Assembly: GCA_053919585.1 (NCBI GenBank)
Contig: CM132814.1
Length of the DNA: 64,000 nucleotides
Source: Euprymna scolopes
Taxonomy: Eukaryota
Direction: 5' to 3' (one strand)
The notes below the pieces were generated by a model that saw only the letters and a list, made by a program, of their open reading frames with translations, was not told the origin of the DNA and did no database searches. Of this stretch, positions 1-12,779 are shown one piece after another (the stretch's first letter is position 1; the number at the start of each line of letters is the position of its first letter). A program made the position numbers and the translations under genes.

Positions 1-1089
1 TTTTCTGGGATTTGTAACAGAATATTAAACGTTTTCAAAAATCATATGGTACGACGCATTATTTTATCCAGACTATTAGCTAGTATTTGTTCTCTGTGTT
101 TATTGCTTGTTCATGAGGCATCTTGCTTCGGAAAGAGTGTTTAAATTCGCATTATTAAAGTACTTACGGCGTTTTCTGTCAAGGGATGGCTTTGAAAGGA
201 AAGCCCTTTGTATATGCACATGTGGCGCGTCTAAAAGGCGCACAATTCAGTTTTTTGTTATGCATTTGATGTGAAAGGACGTATAATAACCGTCTCCAAT
301 TATTGAGATTTTCCCCTTCTTTACACATATAACATTCATGAAACTTCATGCTTCTGTTGTCTTCTTTGTAGTGTGCTTCAATTAATCCCTAATTCGAGAC
401 TCTGTTGGAAAAAGCACCGTTTCAGCCTGATTTCTGTCATGAAATATATTGAATAGTACCACTCCTTGGCAATATGTATAAGCGCTGTTCTACTAAATCT
501 TTGGAATTGCCTTAGTAAAGACAATTCCTTGGAAGGATTATACCAGCTACGAAGCACACTGAGACGTATTGTTTCTGCAACATTGACTGAATTGAGAGAT
601 CCTTTAATGTAATTTTCTTGCTTTACGAATTACGTGTCTTCAAAAGTCTTTTACATCTGTCAATTAAATGCTCCACAAGAGATACTGGCACTAATACGAA
701 GTTTAATATATTTTATATAGAACCCCTATGATGGTATTTGAAAATTTTCGTCCCAGATTTTTTTTTATCCTCACAATAGAATTCTACTAACGTTGGAGAT
801 GGTCTGTCAAGTGTGATAAAAATGTTGGCAAAGTATGTTGTAACAGTATTACAGAATTTCCGAATAAAATTGAACTAATAAAATGCTACGTCAGATCTTA
901 AATAATGAACGAAATATACAACTAAGATTAACGCGTTATATGGACCAACAGTACGTATTTATATCAGTTATTAACATCAATATTACATACGCGCCACAGA
1001 AAATAAAGTCGAGTGTAGATATGGAAAATTCAATGGTGGAATTCAAAATATGAAAACAGTAAACATGTTTTTCATTATATATGTTAATG

Positions 1090-3300
1090 GGAATTCTTGC
1101 ATGAGTCGACCGGGTTTTTATATTTGTATCCAGCTTCGGACACTATACGTAACTGCGCATGAAATTCTTTATTCTGTTTATTGGTGGGTGACTTATATGA
1201 ATATATTTCATTATCCCTTTTATACTCCTTGTCCTATGACAACTTGCTCGCTATATAGTAGGACATTACCACACATAAAAGACGCCCTGTATTTGCTGAT
1301 CTTTATCTTTGATTTTCTGTTTTGTAGATTAATACATTTATTTTTTGTGCTTCCGATTTAATTTCATGCAGTGTAATCGAAAGGTATCCAGCTATTGTTA
1401 TACACTAATTAAAGGCACGTAAAAAATATTTAGTCCTCATGTAAGTTTACGCCGTCAATGAATGCGCGTCCGCATGTCTAATCTACTTAGATGAGAGGTA
1501 CTCTAGCTTCAAGTTGTTATTCAACAGAATAGTGCCAACCTCAGCACTCTATTAGCTGTGTAGATAGGTACCCTATTTGTCGATCCAACGATGGTTAATT
1601 GATGTTTATGGCTAGTTCGCAGTATAAAGGATCGTCGGTGCAAATATTGATAAACTGCGAAGATAATAACCAGAGCTTCTCTCATGATTTGTAGATAGAG
1701 CTTTTCTCCTAGCGGGAACATAGATCTTGATGCGTGTTCGATCTTTATTTTCTTTTTCCAGTGTTCGCATTTTCCGAAAGAACTGGCATCGCTTGCGACT
1801 AAAATATATAGTTTAAGGTCATAGTGTGTCAGCAATAAAGATATTATTTTTATTCTATCGAATTCCACCTTGCATTCATGTGCGCATTTATAGACTCTGT
1901 ATTGCCTTGAGGCCCAGGCTTGTACATATTTGGAATACATGTCGGTTAATAGTTCGCTTATCCAAAAAACGTTGGAGTTATGTTATATTTTTAGAAATCC
2001 GGCATATTCTTTGTAGTTTCTGAACTTACATTTCTAGTTACTGCCGTTTATTCTTTGCCAGAACAATTTTCTTTTTCTATAAATAAATGCCGTTCTCCTT
2101 TTTTTATTTTAAAATCAAAACCTTGCAGTGATTTCAAAAAATAAATTCCTCTGTTTAAATTAGTGAAAACTTTTTTAAGTCTATGAAATGAGCAATGGTT
2201 TTCTTTTTGTACTGATTTTAAGCCAGTATAAAAATCAACCGAACGCTCATTTTTTTTTTCTTTTTTGACATAATCAGTATGGGGAGCCAATTTGCTGAAC
2301 CCAGTTTTCAAGAAGATGCAGGTTTTTACAAATCTTACAAATTGAATTGTTGCATCCAATCCGTGCCAAAAGTTGTTTTTGTATTTTGAAAAGCAACCGT
2401 ATTAATTTCTTTGTGGTATCCTTAAATGTAACATTAGTTATCTATTACCTTTCGAATGTTTCTCGCCTTCACCATTTTTGCATGGAAGTTTTTTTTCATA
2501 ACAGCAAAATACTGATAGATTATAATTATCAGAAATCTAACTGAAATTTATGTATACTTCTGTCATAAGTCATGCAAATATTTGCGATATATGAAGCCTT
2601 TACTTTAATATATGATTAGCCATCGATAACATAGACTTACTTTGACTTTTATCGAATCGGCTTTCTATGTGGGTGGGGAGAACTTCCATTATTTTTTATG
2701 TTCATAGAGATTAATGTTTTGAATATTTATATATTTTTCTTACGTGCCTGACACCGAATTCCTTAATATGTGTTAAATTATTTTTAAAGTTTACCACTCG
2801 GTGGCAAACTTCTTTTAGTTCAGGCTGTGCTCTCGTTCTAATTTAGTTAAAACTCAGTGTCGAATTTAAAGTTTTTGACTATTCCTTTCCTTATACAAAG
2901 TTTAGGCGTTTGACAATATTAGATCTTTAAATTTGTCGTAATATTTTGAGATATTGATTCTAATATTAACTGATTCTCATCAACTGTATTTGTTAGATTT
3001 AGGCATTTCACTTTTGTTAAATAACGAGATATTTGAGCTGTTCAGTTTAGTTAAGTGATTTAGAGTTTAAGAAAAAAGTTAAGTCACATATCCTTCGCGG
3101 TAAAATGTAATCCGTCACTATTATGTTCTCCAGATCCTATTTTTGATTCACTAAACATACCTTTTTAGAATCAGACCAAGCAGCACAATCAAAATTATAC
3201 ACGTCATCATACCTATGAAGTGAATTTCTTGTCTTCGTTTAGACGTAAATGAAATTGTTGAGGCCGTTTCAGATTGCGTTTTCTGCGAATACTATGTTTA
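1090..3300 (-). mobile_element. Heavily decayed Ty3/Gypsy (Mag-type) gag-pol relic, related to the element at 28554-34289
   Basis: Minus-strand fragments are colinear with the intact element: gag (VTDYILPRR, NISLFNK, ~2750-3150), RT start (ORF 2048-2359, VDFYTGL..KKVFTNLNRG), RNase H (ORF 1521-1940, LVASDASS..EALVIIFAV..PIYTANR) and integrase Zn region (CGNVLLYSEQVVI; HISHPPINRIKNFMRSY, ~1120-1280). Many stops and frameshifts; no LTRs recognised; boundaries approximate. Confidence 0.8.
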
Positions 3301-4496
3301 CTCTGACTTGGTTTTTGTTTTTAATAATAAACGTGTTCTGTCCTGCTTTTCTAGTTGCATTAAAAAAAATTCTTCCGTTTAGTGTTTAACTTCGTTATTT
3401 TGTTAATGTTCTGTTTTATATTTCACCAGTTGCTTCCTAGTTTATTTGAATTCTTCCATGGTATCTTATTTGTAACTTTTCAGAAGAATAGAAAATGAAT
3501 ATGGCTTTTTACGTGTAAAAATGATTAAACATTTTCCTGGTAGGCCTATGATCTCCTTTATTTTGACTACAATGCCGATCTTGCGGTTGAATAAAAAATA
3601 TTATCTCTTAATCAAAGATCATATCTATGTCATGGTAAGAAAAAAATAAAGCACATCTTTTTTGCACAATTTTTAATTCCATAAATAAATAGATCAAACA
3701 CAAAGTAAAAAAAAAAAAACGCTAACCAAAATAACATTTTAGATCCATCAATGTATGGATTTTTCATCAATATTTTTTTCTGTAGAAAAATCGTGTTATC
3801 TTTGTTTACTTTGTGTCTTAGAAATTCCTAGAATACACATTCAGAATTTTGTAGACTTTTATACTTTTATACATTCAGAGTAGCTTCATTTAGTCGTCCA
3901 AATTTCAAATTGATGATACTATTTTGCTTGTTATAATATTCAATCGCAAATTCGATGTTGTTGAAGACGGTTTTTTGAATACCACATTGTTAGTTTGAAT
4001 ACTTCCATGTCAGTTTTTGGTTTTAAAAATACCCGAACAGCAGGTTTAAGTTGAAAAAAATATATTGTACAAAGTAAATGCAACGAAAATATTTTCGGCA
4101 TTTTCTGACTGTTAAATTAAGCATCTGTAGTCTCACGTTGGGTCAAAATAATCTGTCCAGAAGTAAATTAGACATCGGGAATAGTATTACTATTAGAAAA
4201 GTCAGTTATAAGTTGATGTATAAGTTCTCATAACAAGCAAATTGTAATCAAGCAAACGAAAGAAGACAGAAAAAAATTATTATGATACAGTAGAACATCG
4301 GGATAGGGTGGCTCTAGCATACGTTTATTTCCAATTACGATGTGGAATACGATATTTTCTGGCCTATGGTTATGGCATTTGCACACTTTATGGGGTTATT
4401 TATAATGCTATTTGATTATATATTTGTGTATTATATTATACACTGTACTTGTTACTAATTTTTATGCCGTATCCCGGGATTCTTCTATCTTATTTT

Positions 4497-4541
4497 CTCT
4501 TTCTCTCTCTCCCTCTCTCTCCCTCCCTCTCTCTCTCTCTC

Positions 4542-4585
<44 letters not shown>
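4497..4585. repeat. Compound (CT)n-(AT)n microsatellite
   Basis: Directly visible in the sequence. Confidence 0.95.
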
Positions 4586-4586
<1 letters not shown>

Positions 4587-4716
4587 CTACTTCATTTACT
4601 CACATAAATTTAATATACGAAAGTATAGATTTATGCGTAAACTTTTAGTATTTACTTCAAAAGTGCTCAATACGTAGGTAGAGCTATTTAGTAATTTATA
4701 AAATATATATGGCGAC

Positions 4717-4769
4717 TAAGCTACACTGGATATTCTGCGTTTCATCCACTGTAGGATTCGTCAGGCTTA
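4717..4769 (-). ncRNA. Type I hammerhead ribozyme motif (left arm of the palindrome)
   Basis: Minus strand reads TAAGC-CTGACGA-ATCC tacagt GGAT-GAAA-CGC agaatatcca GT-GTA-GCTTA: stem I TAAGC/GCTTA, CUGANGA core, 4-bp stem II, GAAA, short stem III and a GUA cleavage triplet. Confidence 0.8.
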
Positions 4770-4775
4770 TGTGCA

Positions 4776-4828
4776 TAAGCCTGACGAATCCTACAGGGAA
4801 TGAAACGCAGAATATTCAGTGTAGCTTA
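4776..4828 (+). ncRNA. Type I hammerhead ribozyme motif (right arm; stem II weakened)
   Basis: TAAGC-CTGACGA-ATCCtacagGGAAT-GAAA-CGC aGAATATTCa GT-GTA-GCTTA; loop III carries the palindrome GAATATTC. Confidence 0.7.
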
Positions 4829-4851
4829 GTCGCCATATATATTTTATAAAT

Positions 4852-4921
<70 letters not shown>

Positions 4922-6116
4922 TGCTGCATGCGTTTATTTATTTAGCTAATTCACTAAACGGTTTATTAATTTTTAAACAGAACTTTTAGATTACTTTCAA
5001 AATAAATTTTTAGTTTCCTTATTGTTATATGTTTATCGAATTTTGAGTCAATGAATTCGTTAATGGAAAAATGGTAGGTTTCTCAATATCGGGGGAAAAA
5101 CATCCTATATCTAGTTCTACAATGTCACTGGAGAAATTGAGGACTATCCTATCATTTTAGAAATCACCTGATTTCAATTGAAATCCCTTACATATATGGG
5201 ATTCGGATACATCACTCGAGAGAGTATTGTTGCAACTCCCGTTGATGTGTCGTTAAGAACAACATTGACTTCAAAAGTTCGTTTGTTATCTTATTTATTT
5301 TCTACAAGGATTTCCTAATTAAGAGCAGTCGCTAGTGCCACTCAATTATGCTATATAGAAGATGCTCGATGAAACTATATTATGTTTCTACTTTGTAAGA
5401 TATGTGTGGAAAAATTCCGATTCCATACTAAATGCAAAAACGTGTTTTACTTTCTTTCATATGTGTAACGCAATAAAACATTTTCCTAAAGAGATCTACT
5501 AGTTCAAAGTTGAATACTGTCTTCATTGTTATAATATCCAATGTTAACAAATTAACAATCCCCTATTTATAAATAGTAAATAAGCCGTTAATACATAAAT
5601 GTTCTGCCATATGGTTCCTTAAGCTTTGGATAGAAAAATACGTTATCTCTCGAGTATTATATGCGCTGATCTAAATAGTAATCAAACATATATTTGCGAG
5701 CTGAAATTACGATCGATATGAAAGTGAATTCCGATGCAATTTTTTTTCTGTCACATGATTAGACGTTATTTAATCATATGAAGTTAATGTCATAATACGG
5801 CAAAGTAATATGTTACATGCATTTTGAAGTTTATGAGTTGATTATTTTCGATAAAGATTCATCGGTTTGCATCGATTAGTCGATGGTTTACCAACACATA
5901 AAATACGAATTGTTTCTAGAACAAGCTTTATAGATAAAAAGAGCAGATCAAATAAGTGCTTCTACACGCGCTAGAATTACAACCATGTTTTATGAGATCG
6001 ATATCAGCTTTTCGAAACAGAAAAACAAAATGAAGTCGAGCACATTTGGAATGTTTCCAAAAGATGGCAACGTGCCGATGATAAGTATGGAGGGTAAGAG
6101 TATAGATTATGGGTGC

Positions 6117-6334
6117 NNNNNNNNNNNNNNNNNNNNNNNNNNNNNNNNNNNNNNNNNNNNNNNNNNNNNNNNNNNNNNNNNNNNNNNNNNNNNNNNNNNN
6201 NNNNNNNNNNNNNNNNNNNNNNNNNNNNNNNNNNNNNNNNNNNNNNNNNNNNNNNNNNNNNNNNNNNNNNNNNNNNNNNNNNNNNNNNNNNNNNNNNNNN
6301 NNNNNNNNNNNNNNNNNNNNNNNNNNNNNNNNNN
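6117..6334. other. Assembly gap (N-run)
   Basis: Run of N. Confidence 1.
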
Positions 6335-6599
6335 AGAATAAAAAAAGTGAGACAAAGAAAGTTTTTACAAGCGTATTAGCAGTGCTCAATCGTTGGATGA
6401 TTTACCAACGGCGTTTTATTTACAACCAATGCACCTAACTTGGGCTTTAATGGTGGATACTCGGTAAAAGTGATTATGAAAGTCCAATATATATCGAGTG
6501 TGATTATGATAATCCAGCTACATTCCGTCTGCAGTAGCTTAGAAATGCACTCTAAGAGCCGTCTTTTAAATTAATCTTGTCTCTTTTGTTCTAGTGGCA

Positions 6600-6607
6600 T
6601 GTATATA

Positions 6608-6640
<33 letters not shown>

Positions 6641-6692
6641 GTATATATACATATATATATATGTGTGTGTGCGTATGTGTGTGTATGTGTTT
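6600..6692. repeat. (TA)n/(TG)n compound microsatellite
   Basis: Directly visible in the sequence. Confidence 0.9.
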
Positions 6693-6934
6693 GTATTAGT
6701 TCTGAATTTAAACGATAAGTGTGTTCAAACCTGGTCATGATAACAACTAGAACACAACACCACCACCAACGATAACAACAACTACTACTACCACTAATAA
6801 TAATATTTATAATTACAACAATAACAGCAATAATAATGACAATAACTGACAGCTGATGAGTAATATAACTGAAATTAAAATACAAGGAGTTATCTTTAAA
6901 GGTTATTTTTTTATGACCACAATTATTCATCATA

Positions 6935-8300
6935 TATGGAAAATATACTAAGAAAATGCCAAGTTCGATACAATTTCACTAATTCAGATAAAAGACTAAA
7001 CCTCCTAATGTACATGGATGATTACAAAACTAGAGAGGTTAATAAACACAACTAGAAGGTTTAGCCAGGATATTCGAATGGGAATCCTCATGGAAAAGTG
7101 AGCAGTGCTGATCATGGAAAAGGGAAAACTGGAAACAGCGGAGATTAGGGCACTTGGCGAACATGACAGCTTCACCTATTTGGGGGTTCTGAAACAGTCA
7201 CCATGAAAGCAACAGGAATGAAAAGAATATCACAGAAGAACAAGAAAAATGATCGAAACTAAACTATATAGTAGAAACCTAAAACAAAGGTATAAACTTC
7301 TGTGCGGTCTATCTGTAAGATTTCCTTGACCGTTTATAGGTTAAAACCAAAGAAGAACTGAGACATCTCGACGAGAAGACCAGGAAACTCATGATGACTC
7401 TCTACACCCAAAGGATGGCCGATTCTATGTGAAAAGGAAAGACGGAGGAAGAGGACTGATCGATATAGAAGACTGTGTAAATGGCACAAAAGACAGAAAT
7501 ATACAAAATACAAAACGCAGAAAGTATAATTACCGCAGCAAGAGACACTGAAAAAAACAAACATGACCTAAGGTGAAGAGATGAGAAATAAGAGAAAAAA
7601 GAAATAGGGAAAGAGAAACAGCTACATGGACAATTCATAAAGATTACAAAAGATGAGACTAAGGAAAATAGAAATGGTTACAAAAATTAAAGATAGCAAG
7701 TGAATCTCAATCTCTCATCATAGCCACACAAGGTAACGCGATTAGAACCAACCACATCGAAGCAAGGATCAAGAAAACTCAGGAAAACAGCAACTACAGA
7801 CTCTATGCAAAAAGGAACGAAACAATAAACCACATAATAAGCGAATAAAGCAACCTAGAACCAAACAATTATAAAAATATACACGGTCAAGTGGGGAAGG
7901 TAATACACTGAGAATTATGCAGACAATAACATCTTGAATACCAAGACATATGGTACAAGCACAAACTTACAGATGTTTTCGAAAATACAAATTACAAAAT
8001 CCTATGGGACATTGATATAGAAACGGATAAACACACCAATGCAAGAAACCAGGATGCCATATTAAGAAGTTAACAAGAAGGAAATGTCCTGGCAAGCTGT
8101 AGATTTTATCGTTACATCAGTGAACAGAGTGAAGACCAAGAAGTGACAAAAGAAAGGAGCAAATTCAAGGAAGTGGCCAGAGAGCTGAAATGAATCTGGA
8201 AGGCGAAGAAAGTCAAAGTAACACCGTAAGAGCGCTATGAACAATATCGAAAATTTGGAAAAACGAATGAAAGGGATTCTCACTGAAATTGTATGTATTT
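6935..8300 (+). mobile_element. Decayed, 5'-truncated non-LTR retrotransposon with a restriction-like endonuclease (R4/Dong-like)
   Basis: Fragmentary translation gives RT LMYMDD (~7005-7025), SFTYLGVL, YVKRKDGGRGLIDIE, KQLHGQF, ESQSLIIATQGNAIRTN, a degenerate CCHC region (NYRLY..NETINHIISE) and ENTNYKILWDIDIETDK, the canonical order for RLE-type LINEs. Multiple stops and frameshifts. Confidence 0.8.
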
Positions 8301-9470
8301 TATGAGTGGAACACGTCTGGCTGGAAATCCAGTGATTTTCGCTTCTTTAGATAAACGTTACAGATTACCTTACGTCCTCGCAACAATTGTTTCTTAGTGT
8401 ATTTTTAAATAAAACAGTAGAATAATTTGAGTGAAAAATATGTCAAGATTGCAATACTCTTCGTGGGTTTCAAGTATTGATTGTGTTATACATTATTTGT
8501 ATTTCTATTCTTTCAAACCATATAAAGCTGTTTTAAGCTAGATGTAACCCATGCATTTGATAAGAGTATTATCATAATTATTATTGATTGTACCAGTAAT
8601 ATAAATAATATAGTGGTAGTAGTCGTCGTATTTGTAATCTAGTTTTATTAAACAATGCGCGTTTGATGTCACTATTATAAATGACCAGATGGATGCCACT
8701 TATAAAATGATAAATACTCATCGCTTAATAGTGCTGTCAACAGTAGTCCAAAATTACCCAATTGCTTCACCTATCTTGAATCATTTCATAATAAAGCAAA
8801 ACAAAACGCATCAAGTATGATTTTTTTTGAATTTTCTTATGACTATACTAAAGTGGGAACTCAGAATTCATAATGCATTACTGAACACTCAAACAGTTAT
8901 GCGGAATGAGTCGATACCTATTAATATAATATGTGCATTTTGATGAAAAAACTTGTTTAGCATGCCCTTTATCTAGTTCGAGTATTTTAGCTTTTTCGAT
9001 AATGCTATGATCCAAATAAGAGTGTTATTTTGTGCGTAGTCAATTTATAATTGCCACTGTCCTTGTTTTACGCTACCAAATTCCAAACCGCACATTTATA
9101 AATCTCATTAGTATTGCTGCTGTTATCATTAATATTATTGTTAATTTTATTACTATGTTCTTGCTTCTTTGTCATGTGCCAAGTGTACGAATATGTTTCA
9201 GCGCCGTTCAAGACATTCGCAAAGTGGAATCAGTCGGGCAGAATTTATCACCCCTGATAACAATTTATTTGATTATACGCAATGTAAAACAAAAAAGAAC
9301 AAAAGTACCACTAACGAATACTTCAATATCAAACTTGGCAAATATTCAAATATGTGACCTCGACAGAAATCCATAATTTCACAGTTTGTGCGCAGAACAT
9401 TGCACTTCTTTCCGGGAATGAGAATTTGCTTCTTTTATTTGATACTCATTATCTCTCACATTAAAAAGAA

Positions 9471-9475
<5 letters not shown>

Positions 9476-9554
<79 letters not shown>

Positions 9555-9562
9555 GTATATAT
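9476..9562. repeat. (TA)n microsatellite
   Basis: Directly visible in the sequence. Confidence 0.95.
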
Positions 9563-9915
9563 CGGTAGGCATGCCACATTTATGTTTAAAAACTAGACAT
9601 TGCATCGTTGGTTTGCCATGTTTTAGTTTTAAAGTTGCAAATACGAGTATGTTCAAATTAAATAAGAATGGCACAGATTTAATAAAAGAATACTACAAAT
9701 TTCGAAGGATTTCATACGTTAATGAAGTGTGTGACGATGCCTCTTTCGCTCGATCTGTCCCACCTAAAATTTGAAGTTACACGTCAATATATAAATTAAT
9801 GAAATCCTATAAGACAGGACGCAAACTTCGAAATTGTCATCTGCAGACAGAATTGAAGGTCAAAGATTTTTAGAATGATACAAGAAAGAACGTATTTGGA
9901 AAAAAAGTGAAAATA

Positions 9916-10728
9916 CAGGATGGAACGATAAATTCCTCGCCCTGAAGAAAACAACTGTTTATTTTAAAACTTTTACTGATAAAACTAATACAGGTAACTA
10001 TATTATGTAAGTAGAGCTGACATCTATTCAATGTAACCGCCTTCAGCTTCAATCACTACGTTTATACCGGTCGTTTCCACAAGCGTCGGCGAGAGCTCAG
10101 CAGATTGTGGCGATCAGTCTGACTTTGGTATGGTGGGTGTTCATGTTGGTGATGTTCTCAACGTATAACCAAACGAGATAGTCAATCGGATTCAAATCGG
10201 ACCAGTGAGAGAAAGGTAAATTCTTTCTTAAGCCAAGCCATGGCCTCTTTGGACAGGTGGACCAACGCCAAGACTTGCTGTCACACCCTGGGGTCTGCCA
10301 TCTAATTGCACCAGAGGCACATCGAGGTAAACCTTGATGTTGAATTTCAAGCCTATATCGAAGACATGAGGTATCATAATATGGCCATCACTTGAAACCA
10401 CACCAAAGACTATAACCGTGGCCGAAAATTTCGAGGAGCTCTACCTCAAGCGTTGAACCGTCCGTATTTGCATTTTGAGGGTAATGGCAATGACCCCATT
10501 ATCAAACCTGGATCGGTAAACAGCATCAGTTGTACATTGGCGCATCTCTGATGTCACTCGCTTTACATTGTGTCACTTTCAGACAGAAAGCACCTATCGC
10601 TCTTAGAATTTTAATACAACTGACCAACTAGTTGATTGTCTGCACAACAAAGAACACCTATTTTCATAAAACAGAAATATAATTATGTCCTCTTTTCTGG
10701 GGCGACAATTTTATCGTTCTAGCCTATG
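9916..10728 (-). mobile_element. Internally deleted Tc1/mariner-superfamily DNA transposon (maT/DD37D-like)
   Basis: ~35-bp imperfect TIRs (CAGGATGGAACGATAAATTCCTCGCCCTG vs GGGGCGACAATTTTATCGTTCTAGCCTATG) with TA on both sides. Minus-strand transposase remnants include PDLNPIDY, VWLYVENITN and a C-terminus INVVIEAEGGYIE*. Confidence 0.75.
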
Positions 10729-11838
10729 TATTAATTGTGTATGAAATGCAGAAGGTATATATTTAATAATAAGAGCCTTTATCAACCCCAAAGATCCATT
10801 CTCATATAAGGATTTATGTGTTTATAAGGTGGACGATTGTATAACACGTGGAAAATTAGTAGACTATTGATGAAATTGAACAGACTTTGAATTTGTCATA
10901 ATACGGCTCAACGAAAGTTTATATACATTGCGTTTGAAATCAATCATTCACGTTACTACCCTGAACATATAGAACTAAGGTATTAACTGATTCTTTTTCC
11001 CAAAACCTAACAAAATAGAGATCGTCCTCAAGTTTAAAACTGTTCATTTCAGTTGGGGTATTTTGTGGATCTGAGTGGTTTGTATTAGCAAAGATAAGTC
11101 GTTTTGATTTATTCATACTAGCATGCCATCTTTCAGACAATGTACACGATGCTGAATAAGAGAAATATTAATCATTACTGTTCTTTGAAGTATTTCCAGA
11201 GATTGCTATTTCGTCTGCATGAATACCGATCAATGTTTTCAGAATGCATTCATGAGATCATCGATGTGTTCAAAAAGAGTGTTAAGTCTGGAATGGATAG
11301 TTGAGTTCCACGGCATAGATGCTTAAGATTTCTACTCATCAACAACTACCTCTATACACATATCAGAGGGAAACGGTTTGATGCTTGTGGGGTCTAATAA
11401 GGAGAAAAATACTTCCAACATATGCACATCTTTTACCACGTCTCGTAGCTTTCGTACTAGCCACTTCAACTTATCCTCGCGCATACGGTCTTTTCATAAT
11501 ACCTTTTTAGGATTACTAATTAATCGATATGTAAATTAATGATCCTTAAATATCATTTTGCATAAACGTATATGAATGGCTTCAAGACACAACTAGCGTA
11601 TACTACACGGCTAGTCACTGCTCGCTTAGACAGCTATTAATTATACTTATTTATATATATATGGGAGTATATCTCCTTCTTTACTAAAATACGGTATCTC
11701 ATTCTTCCCCAATTTTTGTTGTCCTGATTGTATGATCTCGTCGAGCCGAAATACCTTGTGATCTTATAAGGAAAATATTTTAAAGAATGCGCAAGACGTT
11801 TTACTGCGTCTAGTATCTGCGAATGAACGAGGACCTGT

Positions 11839-11990
11839 NNNNNNNNNNNNNNNNNNNNNNNNNNNNNNNNNNNNNNNNNNNNNNNNNNNNNNNNNNNNNN
11901 NNNNNNNNNNNNNNNNNNNNNNNNNNNNNNNNNNNNNNNNNNNNNNNNNNNNNNNNNNNNNNNNNNNNNNNNNNNNNNNNNNNNNNNNNN
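11839..11990. other. Assembly gap (N-run)
   Basis: Run of N. Confidence 1.
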
Positions 11991-12187
11991 GATGAGTAGA
12001 TAGAACGATAGATATCATTAGAATTAAACAGAATGAAAAGGAAAATAAAAATAGGGTAAATAAGAAAACAGAAACACCTTTTGGCTATGACATTTTGAAC
12101 CTAAATACTTATTAGAAAAAAGTGATCTGTTCTGATCTCGAACAGATTGGCCTTGTTAAACATATATTATTTAATAACATAATTGCG

Positions 12188-12229
<42 letters not shown>

Positions 12230-12779
12230 AAGAGAGAGGGAGAGATAAATAGATATATTACGTGTATTCTACCATCACATATATGTTTGTGTTTATGTCC
12301 TTCTTTTATCTTTATTCATATACTTTTCTGGGGTAAGGATGGAATTATACTCATGATTTATTTTAATGATATTCTTCAAAGATTACAATACACGAGCGTT
12401 GAATATGTGTTAAAATTCATTGTAAAGCTTTTTACTGATCTTCTAAAGTATTAGGTAAGAAAAATTGTTAATTTAGAATCAAAATAAAATTTTAAATTCT
12501 ACCGTAATATAATTCTTATCAAAATGTGTTTTTCACATATTTATTTTATATTTTACTATAGAACATATACTTAAAGAAAGTGTCCTATTTATTTGTGTGT
12601 GTGTTTTTTGTTCTAAAAGTACCTTTTCTCATACGCTATTCTTCTGAATAGTTTGAAACGCAAGCGCCTCATAGAATTCAAAGTAAAGCCTATCTGATCC
12701 TTCGACAATTGACTCTTTTCTTTTCATGTAAATTTTTAGTAAATTAATATTTTCTGTTTTGCATGAAGTGAACTTATCA

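Larger units (their letters stand above)
4689..4856. repeat. 168-bp near-perfect palindrome (inverted Penelope-like pseudo-LTR fragment)
   Basis: Arms 4689-4771 and 4774-4856 are reverse complements with a few mismatches and a 2-nt centre; followed by (TA)n(TG)n. Confidence 0.9.

Noticed and set aside
100-900. Possible minus-strand LINE remnant (a similar case lies at ~61000-62300)
   Set aside because: The motifs are too degenerate to support by eye.
4803-4816. Similarity of hammerhead GAAACGCAGAATAT to satellite GGAATGCAGAATAT
   Set aside because: Only 12/14 nt in AT-rich DNA, and the satellite lacks a CTGANGA core.
5934-6100. Exon ending at a GGTAAGA donor
   Set aside because: No recognisable product; another frame looks like a decayed LINE linker, and the adjacent gap prevents assessment.
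6853-6880. CTGATGA...GAAA as another hammerhead
   Set aside because: No valid stem II, I or III pairing; the other CTGANGA hits I checked (e.g. ~23400, ~24615, ~50895) also fail.
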